The position numbers were made by a program, and so were the translations under genes. A DNA stretch of 64,000 bases from Amphiscolops sp. MND2022 (taxonomy: Eukaryota), in assembly GCA_964187785.1 (NCBI GenBank), contig OZ076416.1, forward strand, positions 41,478,001-41,542,000, in the 5' to 3' direction. The notes beneath the pieces are model-generated. The model was not told where the DNA came from, searched no databases, and saw nothing but the letters and a program-made list of their open reading frames with translations. Of this stretch, positions 1 through 12,060 are shown in pieces; position 1 is the first letter of the stretch, and every line of letters begins with the position of its first letter.

Positions 1-48
1 TATATGAGCCACAAACATTTATTTTCTCTAGGGGGGAGGATATAGTGT

Positions 49-250
49 TAAAGTAAACTGAGAAGAAGGTTAATAGGTTAAATTAAAACTGATACAATAA
101 AGTAAGATGCTTGTTCAATGCAATCGTATCAAACTGTATTCCAACGTATTCACTTGTATCTATGCACTAGAGTTACATGACTTCAACAATAACATGGCAG
201 GTACTTTAATGTCTTCTTTTGTATTGGCATACTATCCTTTTTATGCCACA
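49..250 (-). repeat. 3' LTR of Gypsy element (TG...TA termini)
   Basis: Aligns to 5442-5653 with about 7 substitutions and 2 indels (9 nt and 1 nt). Preceded on the - strand by PPT CGAAGGAGGGAA (251-262). Confidence 0.92.
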
Positions 251-382
251 TTCCCTCCTTCGCAGGTTTTTAGGGAAACCATTCTCGAGCTGGCTCGTTC
301 TTCTTTATTCGTGGGAAGGGAGTCATCAGGTACCTCTTTGGCTTGGTGAAAGTGTATGCATTTTCTAAATGAACAACCGTTA

Positions 383-3300
383 TTAAAAATATTCAACTCC
401 ACCTAACTTCACTTCCCTTTGTACCGTTCTTATCCTTTCGGATCTACGTGGTTCTAATTCAATTTTTGTTTGATGGTTTCCAACCTTGGTTTTTGGTTTT
501 AGCCTTGGTTTACCTGTAGTTTCGTGTTCCACTATGGTAGTGGTGGCTCTGCTCTGGCCACGTATCGGGGTGCCCGATTGGTCTGGCTGTGTTGCGTCGG
601 TGGCTATCTCGGTGCTACAGCCGATCGGGGGTGTAAGCATCGGGGTTTCTTTCCGCAAATTCTCTACTTCCCGTCCGATTTCGGCTCTCAGGCCGGTCTC
701 TTCGGGGTTGACTTCTTCTTCTGAGCTGTCTTTGTCCGCATCGTTATTGACGGAATCGTAGTCTTTTTCTTTTTCTTCATCGGCATTGTTGGCAAGGTGT
801 AGCTAGTGCTAGGTCCATTGTCTTCGGTAGTGTTGTTTGGGTTGTTTGGAGACGTAGATGGGTTTCACAGAGCTCTCCGCTGCTGAATTTTCCGCATCTG
901 CGGCATCGATTATTGGCCTTCTTCTGCTCATCGGTCTTTCTTGATGTCTGAATTTTCAAAGGCTTAGAGGCTAGTTTTTTATGTATTACCATCCCTTCAG
1001 AAGTGGTAATTGTGTGATCGGTTTCTTTTACCGCTGTTAAAATTTTGTTTGTTTTAAAATTACATTTCATTGAGTCTGGTTTGTTTTCCTTTTCATAAAA
1101 TTGGTACTTTTTAAAATCCCGGCTAACCGTTCGGCCCCTTTTCCGTGTTTCGTTCAAGACCAGATAGTCCGCCATCACACCGTCTGAGTAGTTAATGGTG
1201 ACAACTTGAAGCTCTGTCGGTTGTGCTGAAATACAATTGGTTAATGTTCTCTTCCAATTGGATAGTAGACATTCTGGTTTACCAATTAGGTTAGTGAGCG
1301 CGTTGCGTGGTTTTCTGCCTAAATGCATTTGAAAAAGTGACATATTTAATCTACTGTGTGGCGTTTGTCTAATTGTTTTTATTGCTAAATGTACGCTTTC
1401 TTCAAATATTAGACCATCCGCCATGTTTGCTCTGGTAGGTGATTTAATCGACCGTATAGTTCGTTCGACTAAGCCAGTACCGGTGTGTAAGTTAGGGGTG
1501 CATCTGATACGTTTAATGTTTTCGCTGTTGCAGAATTGTTTATATTCGTTGCTTTTAAAACAACTGCCGTTATCGGTTCTAATACACTGTGGTGTTCCGT
1601 TATCCGCGAAATATTTTGTTAGAAATTTTAAAACGGTCCGTGTGTCTGTACTTTTACAAATTTGTGCGGTCGGCCATTTACTAAAACGGTCAATGGCTAC
1701 TAAATTATATACATCGCCGCGTGACTTCAATTTAGTTGGACCGGCAAAGTCCAATTGAATTTCCTGATTCGGTTCAGTTAAAATTTCTAGACTATTTTTT
1801 CCGTTGACGGGATTTGCGTAGTAACGTTCTTACCTGCGGCTCTGCAGCTAGGTGTAACGCCAAGTCCCTCTCTGCCCTCTGGATGGCTTCTGCTGTTTTC
1901 TCATTCTGGTCGGGATTGAGTAGATTCATCTTAGCCGTTTGTTTCAGTCTTACCAGGTTTACTGTTTCATGTTTTTTGAATCTTTTTAGGGCTTTGGTCG
2001 GGCATTTGTCCTGTTTCGTTTTGCTGGTTTCACTTTCTCCGTCTGATTGGTTGTTGGTCAGCCATGAATCGTCGTTATTTTGTTGGAACTCTTGTAATGG
2101 TGTTGTTCCGAGCGTCTCACAGTAATAAAAAAAACGGTTGTAGATTTCGGTGTTTAGTTCGACGATCCGTTTTCTGCCGGTTTGATTCGGTCTATACTTT
2201 TGTATTTGCTCATTCTCCTTTCCTTTTCCCACGATTCGGGTTTTATGGGGCTTTAGTATATGATTTCGCTCGATCCAGAAGCGTTTTGTTTCGGGAGAGT
2301 AGCCTCTCTTTTTATAAATGAAATTCATGCCAATACCGTTGACTTTGTCCATTTTATTGTTCGAGGACGGCGAGATTTTGTTCGAAGAGTTACCACTGTT
2401 TGGTAGCGATGAAGTTTTAAGCAAGGGAGAGTTTGAATTTTGTTCGCGTATGTTTTTGTCGCGTTGTGATTGGTCAGACGTTTCTCTCGCGGTCGCTTGT
2501 TCGGTAAATCATTTTATGCTTCTTCCTGCTTGGTTGAATTCGAATAGGCCGTATATTTGGTTAACGACGAACTCTTCGTCGGCTTCCGCGTAGCTTTGTC
2601 TGTCCGCTTTATTCTCTAACTCGGCAATTTCGGTCGGTACGATCGGATGACGGCTCAAGTAATCCGTTAGCGGAATGCTTTTACCGGCCGTGTATTGAAT
2701 ATTAACATCAAAATGGCTCAGCCTATCCAACCAACGAGTAAGTCTTGCGCTGTATTGTTTATGTGCTCGGTTTTTTTTCAACAATGGCTGTACCGCTTGG
2801 TGGTCTGTTAGTAAATTCACCCTTTTACCGCACACGTAATACCTGAAGAATTCTAATCCCCACAATGCTCCTAGTAGTTCTAATTCGTTTATTGTGTTTT
2901 TTTTCACAATCAGTTAAGAATCTACTTGCAAAAGCTACAAGTCTGAATACTTCACCTTCTTTTTGCCACAGTGTTGCGCCCAATCCGGTGTTACATTCAT
3001 CGGTGGTGATGTAATTGTCTCTCCTCTGGTCGAAATGGGCTAAGCATGGGGCTTCCGTAACCTCCTTCTTCAGCTTCTCGAAGTCCTCGTCTAATTCTGG
3101 TGTCCAGTCCCATTTAACGTCTTTCTTTAATAATTTTCTCCTTCTGTCGGTTTTTTTCGACAGGTTGTTGATGAACTTCGACAAGTGTTGTATGGAGCCC
3201 AGGAAGGATTTTAATTCTTTCACGTTTTTGGGTGCAGCTAAGTTGGATATTGCTTCTGTTTTGTCTTTAATTGGGTTGACGCCGTTCTGATTGATGAGAT

Positions 3301-4493
3301 AGCCCAGCCAGGTTAGTTCCTTTTTGAATAATTCCGTCTTTTTCTCACTAGCCCGGTATCCGGCGTTTTGTAGTTTTGTAAGGAACTCTCGCACTTCTTT
3401 CTCGTGGTCTTCAATACTACCGTTGGTCACGCAGATATCGTCGTCAAGCCAGACTGGTGTTTTGAACTCTAGTACGGTGTCTATGTGTGCTTGGAACACC
3501 GTGGGAATATCTTATAGGCCGTAGAAACACTTCTTGAAACGGTAATGTCCAGTAAAGTCACCCCCAATTATCGAAAACACACAATGTTTGGCTGCTTCCT
3601 TGGATAATTTCGCCTGGCCGTAGGCGTAGTCTAAGTCGATCTTTGACATCCAGATCTCGCCTTCGCCTTTTGTAATGTTGGCTGAAATTTTGCTGATTAG
3701 CCCTTCCATATTCGGCATTGCTGCCTTTTTTTTACACTCGCCTCATTGAGTTTTCTGGAGTCCAGCGCTATTTTGACGGATTTGTCTTTTTTGATAGTAA
3801 TGACAAGGAAGGCGGGAGAAATACAGCAATTTTCCGTAGTTTTGTCGGCTTTCTCGAGATGTCCCGATTCGATAAGTTTTTCTAGTTCTTCGTGTACACT
3901 TTTTTGAAAGTGTATGGGGACTGGCCGTACTTTTTGTTGTATCGGCTTGACATCTTTCTTTAGCTGAATATCGATTTTGAGATCTTTGATAGTGTGATTG
4001 TTTTTGAATAGATCTTCGTGTTCGTCGATAATCTTCTTTCGTCTTTCGTCTTCTTCCACGTGACGTATGACATTGGTCTTCTTGCTGCCCTGTAATCCGA
4101 TTTCCAGTTTATTTAACCAGTCTAGTCCCAGTAGTGGCTGATTGTTTTTGTCTTCTGTAATGGGAATAGGCAGTGTCTCTTTGCTTTCTTCCGTTTTCAC
4201 TTCGACCATCGCCTCGCCTTTGAATTTTATTGGGTTTTTATATACATCCGCAAAAGTTTTTGTGTCTTCTTTATCTCGGTTGAGGTAATTATTGGCGGTA
4301 TTATCGTCACCGGTGAGCCGGTATCAATGATAAATTCTGTTGGCTGGCCTTGGACCAATAGGATTGCTTTGTAGAAATCAACTCGGTTAACGCCGCTGAC
4401 GGATTGAGTATGGTCGATTTCCGGCCATGGTTCGTTGTTGTTGTCCGATGATGTTGCTTCCTTTACCCGGTGCTGACGGTGTTGGATTTGCAC
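383..4493 (-). pseudogene. pol: Gypsy pol, fragmented: protease (IIDTGS), RT (KIDLDYAYGQ, WLDD), RNase H (ELELLGALWG), integrase (AIDRFSK...TDNG...GLVER) and C-terminal RRSERIR tail
   Basis: Successive - strand ORFs 4227-4493, 3697-4209, 3512-3718, 2825-3499, 2509-2907, 1792-2424, 777-1754 and 383-658 carry the motifs in Gypsy order. Confidence 0.9.
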
Positions 4494-5411
4494 ACGTTTG
4501 CAAAATGTCCCATCTTTTTACAGTTGTTGCATTGTGCTTTCCGTGCTGGACAAATATGTTCTAATGACCAGTTCGGTTTTCCGCAAAAGCGGCAATTTTG
4601 GTTTGAAAATTTTATTCTTCTCGTTGAAGTTGGTTTTGTGTTTCCGTGATTGGTTTGTGTGGCCAATTAATTCGGTGGATGTCGAACTGCTTGATGCTTC
4701 TTTTCTAGCTTTTTTGTATTTTGGTTTCATGTCTCCGTATTTCCGGTTGTAGTTGTCAAGTTCTATGGTGTCTAATAACAATTGTATTTTCAGTGGACCT
4801 TTTATGAATTTATCACGGGCTCTTTTGTCTTTAATGGTAGCCACGAATTTGTATGTAATAATTTCTTCCGGTGTGATGTTGCCAAAATCACATTTTCTCT
4901 CAATGTCCACCAGTCTTTTCCAATATTCGTCCAATGATTCGTTGTCTTCCTGTCTCATATTGAAAAATTGCGCTCTACTGTGGAATACATTTCTTACTGG
5001 AAGAAAAGTTTTCTTGAACAGTGTCAATAATTCGGGTAGGTTGACATCTTTTAGTTCGCGACCCCACTGACCTCTCATGATCTCGTGTTTGGCTTCCGGT
5101 GCGAGCGCCCAAATGACATCGCCTTTTTTGTGGTAGGCTCTGTGTTGGTCCATAGGTTCGGTCCCATCATTAATAATTTCGTCTAGATTGCGGTTGTACG
5201 TCAGATGAATATATTCCGATATTTGCTCCCACCATATTTTGGGATTGATTTTTGTGCGGTCTGTTTCTCTATCTGATAAAATCGGAATCTTGTATTTACT
5301 TCTTTCCATTCGTTCTGATGATGTTGTTTGATTGTTGTTCGTTCTGGTTGATTGTTCCGATTTGTTCGGTCCACCCTCCGTTGAGTTGAGGTCAGTATTG
5401 TGGTTTTCCAT
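4463..5411 (-). pseudogene. gag: Gypsy gag (frameshifted; CCHC knuckles CRFCGKPNWSLEHIC and CNNCKKMGHFANVC)
   Basis: ORFs 4518-5411 and 4463-4666 lie just after the PBS and carry zinc-knuckle motifs. Confidence 0.85.
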
Positions 5412-5426
5412 GGTAATTTGTTCAAA

Positions 5427-5441
5427 TTGCTGACTGCGCCA
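5427..5441 (-). promoter_or_regulatory. Primer-binding site, tRNA-Ser-like (TGGCGCAGTCAGCAA)
   Basis: Abuts the 5' LTR and begins TGG. Resembles the tRNA-Ser PBS (TGGCGCAGTC...) of 17.6/297-type gypsy elements. Confidence 0.75.
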
Positions 5442-5653
5442 TAAAGTAAACTGAGAAGAGGGTTAGTAGGTTAAATTAAAACTGATACAATAAAGTAAGA
5501 TGCTTGTTCAAGAAGATCAATGCAATCGTATCAAACTGTATTCCAACGTATTCACTCGTATCTATGCACTAGAAATTACATGAGTTCAACAATAACATGG
5601 CAGGAACTTTAATGTCCTCTTTTGTATTGGCATACTATCCTTTTTATGCCACA
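5442..5653 (-). repeat. 5' LTR of Gypsy element (TG...TA termini)
   Basis: Copy of 49-250, immediately followed on the - strand by a TGG-starting PBS. Confidence 0.92.
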
Positions 5654-5658
5654 AGTGT

Positions 5659-5849
5659 AACGAGTGATATAGGGGGGGACATAGTGAAAGAGATCCGAAA
5701 AGTAGAATCCGATTGAAAAAGATGTTGTAATATTCGGATTTCCTGATTCACGCCCCTGCAAATTGGCTTTATAGATCATATCATCCGCTAGACCGGCAAC
5801 GGCACGTCGCTCCGCCTCACTTGGCTTCGCCCCTGCGGTTAGGGTACTA
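5659..5849 (+). repeat. Possible Helitron-like non-autonomous repeat, interrupted by the Gypsy insertion
   Basis: G-run + ATAGTG units occur on both sides of the TSD. A GC-rich tract ends in TACTAG at 5849, but it is followed by A rather than the T expected for a Helitron. Confidence 0.25.
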
Positions 5850-6551
5850 GAGGGCACTGTACATGTTCATATGACATAAAATTGTTCTTAAAATTGGAGA
5901 AAGTCTTTTGAAAAGACTCATCTGAACTATGTAGGATAGTTATCCGAACACTAAAGACTTTCACAATGGCATCGAGGAAGCACGAGTTTCAAGTTGAAGC
6001 TGTTTGCATGAAAAGGTAAATTGTGTGTACCACTACCTTTCACTACATAGTTGAAAGGAAACAAGAAGATTTTTTGCTGCCGTTTTTCGCTGTTTCTATT
6101 GAATAATTTTTACTCTTACTTCATCATTTGTGAAATGTTACTTCTTATAAAGAATTTCTTATCACTAGTCGATTCATTATCATGATTTCCGTTTCATATT
6201 CGGTGCTTCCTGGTGGATTTAAAGCCACTGAAGTGATCCAGGTTTTTCACAATTTAGTTGTCTTTGCGAACAACAAATTTCAACAGTTGGAAAAATGGTT
6301 TGATTTCTGGCTCCATGTGTTTGTAAGCACCGACCGCTAGCCCCTATATAGTTGATTTTGGAACATAAAGTGACCTTCGGAATTTTCGCCAGGTACCGGT
6401 ACCGGTACCGCCGTGGTAGTTTAAATTTGTTTTGATTTGAATTTAATTGTCATATGAAATTGGATTGCAACATTACTTTAGAGTAATTCAATTACAAATT
6501 AAAATTTAAATATATGTATTAAAATTTAAATATGTATTTAAAACAAAATAC

Positions 6552-6632
6552 AATTTAAAAAAGTATTCAAATTAAATGCCTTTGTTGGCAAGTTGCCAAC
6601 AAAGGCATTTAATTTGAATACTTTTTTAAATT
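6552..6632. repeat. Perfect palindrome, 40-bp arms with a 1-nt loop
   Basis: 6552-6591 is the exact reverse complement of 6593-6632, checked base by base. Confidence 0.95.
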
Positions 6633-7567
6633 TAAATTAATGCAGTTGGCCCCGTGTTTTCGTGTACAATCATTTTTGTTTTGATTATAAACAAACATAT
6701 TTTTAGTGGAATGGTTTCACGTTATGTAGTCGTGTTCTATTAATATCATTCTTTAACATTGCTGATAATAAGTATTTCGTTCTAACTTATTAGCACAATC
6801 TCAACTGATTCCTTTCATACCATCATCGATTTAACACCTATTCAAGATGATTCATGTATTTCCATTGCAAATACAGTTGAATTTTTCCAATGTTCACGTC
6901 CGCGTAACTTCAGCATTTTCGTCTCTGTGGGATTAAGATCCAGTGAACCCAGTACGATGAAAAGATGGGAAACACTTTCGGATGATCGATGCAAAGTATG
7001 AACCACTTACTGTCTCAGGAAAGTAACGCGGGGCTGAAATGATTTCATAATACTTCATGGGCAAATGTTGAATCTCTGATTCACTCAACTTAAGAAGTGT
7101 CGAAAACATAGACGCGGTTTTGAAATGATTGAGATTTATCTCGAATGATTTCCGGAATTGACGAATATCTTAAGATTTTGAGGCTACGCTGACATGAACA
7201 AATGATGCTGAGAGGGTATAAATATGTTGTACAGTTGTTCTTAGAGTCAGTCACTTATGCTACGCTGTTCGAAACAGATGAAAATCAAACAAATAGTTTA
7301 ATCCCTCTCTAAAACCCTTTTCCATCAAAGACGTGAACGAAGAACCAGAAAAAGAAAACAGCGCAATAAGGAAACGATGGAAGAGTAAGTTCTGTTAAAG
7401 ATTCTCAAGTTAAAGTGGAAATTGTAGATCGATGTAAACAGTACGAAGTGCTTTCTAAGCTCTCAAATCCGAACACTTTCCGGGTTGAAGATATATATCT
7501 GAAAAAGATCAGGGCCTCGTGAAAAGAAAGATCACGTCTGAATTACAAAATCTAACAGTACCATCAC

Positions 7568-8216
7568 TGTCGTAACCGTTTACCTCATCACCATGATCAG
7601 AATTCACTGAATTCTCTCTACAGTGATTTGGGAAGTTACTATTCATTGCTATTAACCTGGGGAAGTCATTTTGGGCATCCTGAGCCGTTTGGCCAACATT
7701 TTCTGAATGCGGTCCACATGACCTTAAGTCCCTCTGAGGACGTACTTGGCTAAAATTATTCGGATGCGGTCCGTCTGACCGAAGGTCCAAATGTTGTATT
7801 TTTAGCTGGATTCTTGATTTCCAAGGCATTTTTGATGCTTCGAAGCACAGTCTTCTCTAGTGCAGAATTAAATAACCTAATATGTGTGAATTGAGGTCAG
7901 ATTTTAATTCCTCTAGTTTCTTTGACATTTGGGACGAAGTTTCTGAGTTAATCAACCTATTAGTTTCTGCAGTGATTTCACTGTTCTCACTTATGTTGGT
8001 ATTTAAAAGGGATCTGAAGTTAGTTTCAGTATGACTAGTACTTTGTTGTCGTCTACCTGACTCTAGGTCCAGATCTGCTTCACTATCAATTCTTTCTTCA
8101 ACTAATTCATTTCTCGAATAAGTTCCTGAGACAACATCAAGATTCACCATATCTGACATCACGTCAGATTGCCTTGATTGAGTTTCTTTAGCTTTCTCTT
8201 TTCTAGTTGAAGGCAT
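7568..8216 (-). pseudogene. ORF stub in an orphan LTR-like segment (MPSTRKEKAK...coiled coil...NGYD|), one frameshift
   Basis: ORFs 7857-8216 and 7509-7829. The segment ends ...GGTTACGACA at 7568 with the terminal A as codon position 1, and unrelated sequence follows. Confidence 0.55.
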
Positions 8217-10016
8217 ATCAGAAAGAAGTAGAGAGAGAGAGTTTTTGTTTCAAAAAGGAATTATCAGAGATAACAAACTGAACCGTATTTTGTATCGTAT
8301 GAACTCAGTATCAACAATGATTAATCTAACAACGGACTTTGAGTATGTATATTCCAAATGCCATGACACCCACAAATTTGCGTGTCAAGAGGCTAATTTT
8401 AGGGTGAGGGCTTTCGAAATTTAGCTCCAATTTTGGTGTTACATCATCAGTTCCAAAAATAGATTGGGGCACTAGACATTACGTCATGTTGAGAGAGAGA
8501 ATATAAATAGTATCAAACTAACAATATATCAGTTTACATGTAACTAATTCTACTTCAAAAGCAACTTTTCTTGTGACGGCAACATCAAAATCTAACTAAA
8601 CATCGAATCTGACCAAGCGTCAGCATGACTGCAGTGAACGGCTCACACTGCAATCTGATTGGCTGAAGTCGTAGTTTGACCAAACGCTGGTTAAATGCGT
8701 TTTCACACCTCCATGCTTGTATTATAAGGCCTAATGCACCTTCTAAATTGTTCTATAGCATAACTGTGGAATAGCTGTACTAAATACATTTGACGCAACG
8801 TGTGAAAAAGGAAATGATTGAGGCCCATTGAATGAAATGGTTTTAAAATTAGCATTTGAGAGAATTAATGTATGAAGTTGTTGTCTAATTGACCTGTGGT
8901 CAACTTGTTAAGGAATGCATGTTGTTTAAAATACTTATTGCACCAGTTTTAGAGTTATAAGCGCGCGTTAGTTTATCGTTTCAAGACTTCTAGTTGATCA
9001 GGGTATTCTTCTATATGGGCAAGACCCCCGGTCCTGGGTTGCTTTGGTCGCTTTCTGGCGTAATCTGGTAGAACATGCCGTCACAAATCTGTTCGCGTCA
9101 AAAACGCTCTAAAATGCGGATCGAACGAGGGAACGCTACCCATAACAACACTACCAAGCTGGGAACGGCCACAGAGAACAAAATTTTTTCAATATGCAAA
9201 TAGGCACTAATGTGAGAATATTAGCAAATTCACAGTGCTGGAAAGTTTCCGAGAGGACACCCATGAGAGTAAAGAACTATTTTTCCCAAACGGAAATGTC
9301 AAACCAATTTTTTCCAATAACAATTTAAGATTTTCGAAATTACCGGAAACATTTCATATTGCCGGTAAAAGAGCGTTTAGCGCGCCAAACGCTTTTATCA
9401 GGCCAAAAACATTTATGAAAGTGAAGTGGGTAACCTTTGACCAAATAAGTAAAAACCTTGGTGAAGCATAAATTGTGTCAAAGAAGTCCTCGATAATGTT
9501 TTTAATTTGGATTTTTTCCAGATGTTTTGAAGTTCTGCAACTCACATTGTCCCGCAAAAACCCAATGTGGGCCTTGATGCTGGCAGAACACTTTGCTTCT
9601 GCTAAACATTAAAAAAGGGCACTGCGATTGCGAAAATTTTGGGAAGAGGTCTCATAGTGCAGAATAAAACAAAATGGTCCACCCTTCGGTCTCCGCGATA
9701 ACCTCTATGCCAAATGGCAATTAGAAGTTGCAAGCTACTAAAATTAAGGTTTTAAAATGTGATCAAAGAAATGTGTCAGTTCACTGGTCTTCAACAAAGC
9801 GCCGAATAAAAAGACGAGGAAAACAACAGAATATCAATCAAACAATACATTGATACCGTTTTACTTTTATTGAACGAAGTTTGGTACGAATTGACATATC
9901 GTCTTTTCAGATTTGGAACTACTTATTTTAATTCATTTTATCAATTAGCTAGTTTAGTGGTCTTGAAAAAAATCACTTTTACCAAAATAGAAGAAAGTCA
10001 GGCGCGCTCAGATATG

Positions 10017-10145
10017 ACCATCCCTTGCATCATGGCTTTTCATTTGTGATATACCATGGCATTACGGCTTTCCATTCATGGGATCATGGCTTCTTATACA
10101 TGATCATCCACGAATCATGGATGCTTTTCCATCATCATGGCATAC
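10017..10145. repeat. Degenerate CATG/CATGG-rich minisatellite-like repeat
   Basis: Recurrent CATCATGG / CCATGG / GATCATGG motifs; resembles 21336-21850. Confidence 0.45.
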
Positions 10146-10329
10146 TTTATTTATTGACAAATATAAAATTACATTGCGAAATGTCACAGGACGAAAAAAG
10201 AGGTTTTCAGCTCGACATAGAAGTTTTTGCACTGAGAACCAACTTTACTTCCCAAAAAATATTTCACGTGGAAAATCAGAAAGACTTCAGAATTGTTTCA
10301 GATAAAATTGTTAGCAATGTTTGTAATGG

Positions 10330-12060
10330 CACTTTTAATTGACGATTTTGACATAGTTTCCGAGTTACTGGGTATTAGGTCGAGAGTACGTAGCCAATTG
10401 TATGTTCTAACGATAGTGTACTTCAAGGAACGCCGTTGGAGGATAGTTCGAGAGTAAGCTACTGCTAAAAGACCTTTTGGTTTTCTCCGAGTGTTCCCAC
10501 CGGCCGGATTGTTATTACCGGATACAAAATCGAACGAGGACTCGCCTCTGAACTGCATAAAAAAATCCCTCCAAAAGCTCGACATTTATTTTATGAACAG
10601 TGAGGATATTGAAATCTTTCGTTCAATATTTTGTAAAGAGTTGCATCGCTTTTTGAAGAAAGTGACACTTAGTATTCTTCTCTGAGCTCTTTCAACTTTT
10701 TCAAGATTATTCCTGGCAGGATCGACGTAAACCATCAACCATATCGTAAAAATGGATTTGTCTTTGCTTTATAAAACCTAACTAAGCATCTGGTGGTTTT
10801 TGGTATATTATACATCAGGTCGCAAAACTTAGTCAGTTTTTTTTGTTACGTAGTTGATATGGTCTTTGGAATTGAGTTTTGCATCGATTTGTGCACCAAG
10901 GTAATTGCAGTGTCTTTTCAAAAGTACTTGCGTATCGAAGGCATCGTTAAAGAGAGGTTGTACACGGTTTTGCACTTTCTGCACCAACGGTTCGTTTGTA
11001 AGTGACAAGCCACTTTCTAACCGTTGGAGTTTGCTAGTAAATTCATGTGATGAATTTCAACCAAGATTCTTTACAGTTGGATCATCAGCGAAAACTTTAC
11101 TCCATCAGCGAAATTGTTTACTCTAAGAACAAGTCTTGAGAAGGTCATTAAAGAAGATGAGAATGAAAAATGGGCCTAGAACGGAGCCCTGTAGAACTCC
11201 ACACGTAATTGACTCATGATAAGTTAGCTTTTAGTTCAACGAATTGCAATCTATCTATTAAAAACATCAAACTTATCCCTGTACAGCTTCTTCGAGGGAA
11301 TTGAGACTGTAGCGTATCGAAAACTTTTCAAATCAATGAAGCATGCAATTCCCGAGCCCCGCTCGTCAATTTCGTTGCTGAGGTAATCAATGACTTCAAC
11401 TATACCTTGAGAACAATTTCGTTTGCTACGAAAATCAAACTGATTAGACGAGGATATTTTTGTTTAAAAAACGTTTCGGATATTTCAGTAGAACTTTTCA
11501 AATACTTTTCCTATTGGACGCAATATGCTGATTAATCGGTAACTTTCGGGCTGATTTTTGTCTCCTTTTTGAATTTTGAGACAACTTTAGCAATTTTGAA
11601 TTTGCTGCGAAAACATTATGCCCTAATGCTTTCTTTCACAATTTTGCAGATGTATTTATCGAATAGCGGAGAGCAGCATTTCAGATTTTCGCTGCTGATA
11701 CCGTCAGAATCAGTACTTCGTTTCTTTTTGAGCTAGGATTTTCACCTAACTTGATATTAGTTTTTTTAATCAACGTTCGTCTCTGATTGTGGGCTTTTTT
11801 GATTGCTAAAAGATTCTCATTCGTACGATTTTTTATCCAGTTTTGATAAAGATTGTCCCGTTTCTTGGTGCAATTTTTAATTTGGTTGCGTATCCACGAA
11901 CCCTGTTGTTTCCTCTTCATCGTTCTTCGGGGGCAAATCGGTCAACACATTCAAGAATGCAGTTTGTGATGTTCTTTATATAAAATGCATTTTCCATATC
12001 GTCGTCAACTTTCCGAAGTTTTTCATCTAGCAAGAAAAAAATTTAGACTTTTGTTTCTAA
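10330..12060 (-). mobile_element. Decayed non-LTR retrotransposon (CR1/L2-type LINE ORF2 remnant)
   Basis: - strand reads CGVLQGSVLGP near 11170-11205 and KVFADD near 11080-11098. A C-terminal TR...RT...RS..Y...YN.L motif is in ORF 10298-10585. Boundaries are approximate. Confidence 0.8.

Larger units (their letters stand above)
49..5653 (-). mobile_element. Full-length but decayed Ty3/Gypsy LTR retrotransposon
   Basis: Direct LTRs at 49-250 and 5442-5653. Perfect 5-bp TSD AGTGT at 44-48 and 5654-5658. PBS and polypurine tract (PPT) present. Order on the - strand is gag-PR-RT-RH-IN, with frameshifts and stops. Confidence 0.93.

Noticed and set aside
486-5070. + strand ORFs overlapping the Gypsy element (486-761, 1814-2125, 3015-3290, 4753-5070), and similar ones such as 62625-63209 and 63549-63997 on the - strand
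   Set aside because: Antisense shadows of real retroelement ORFs, with no motifs of their own.
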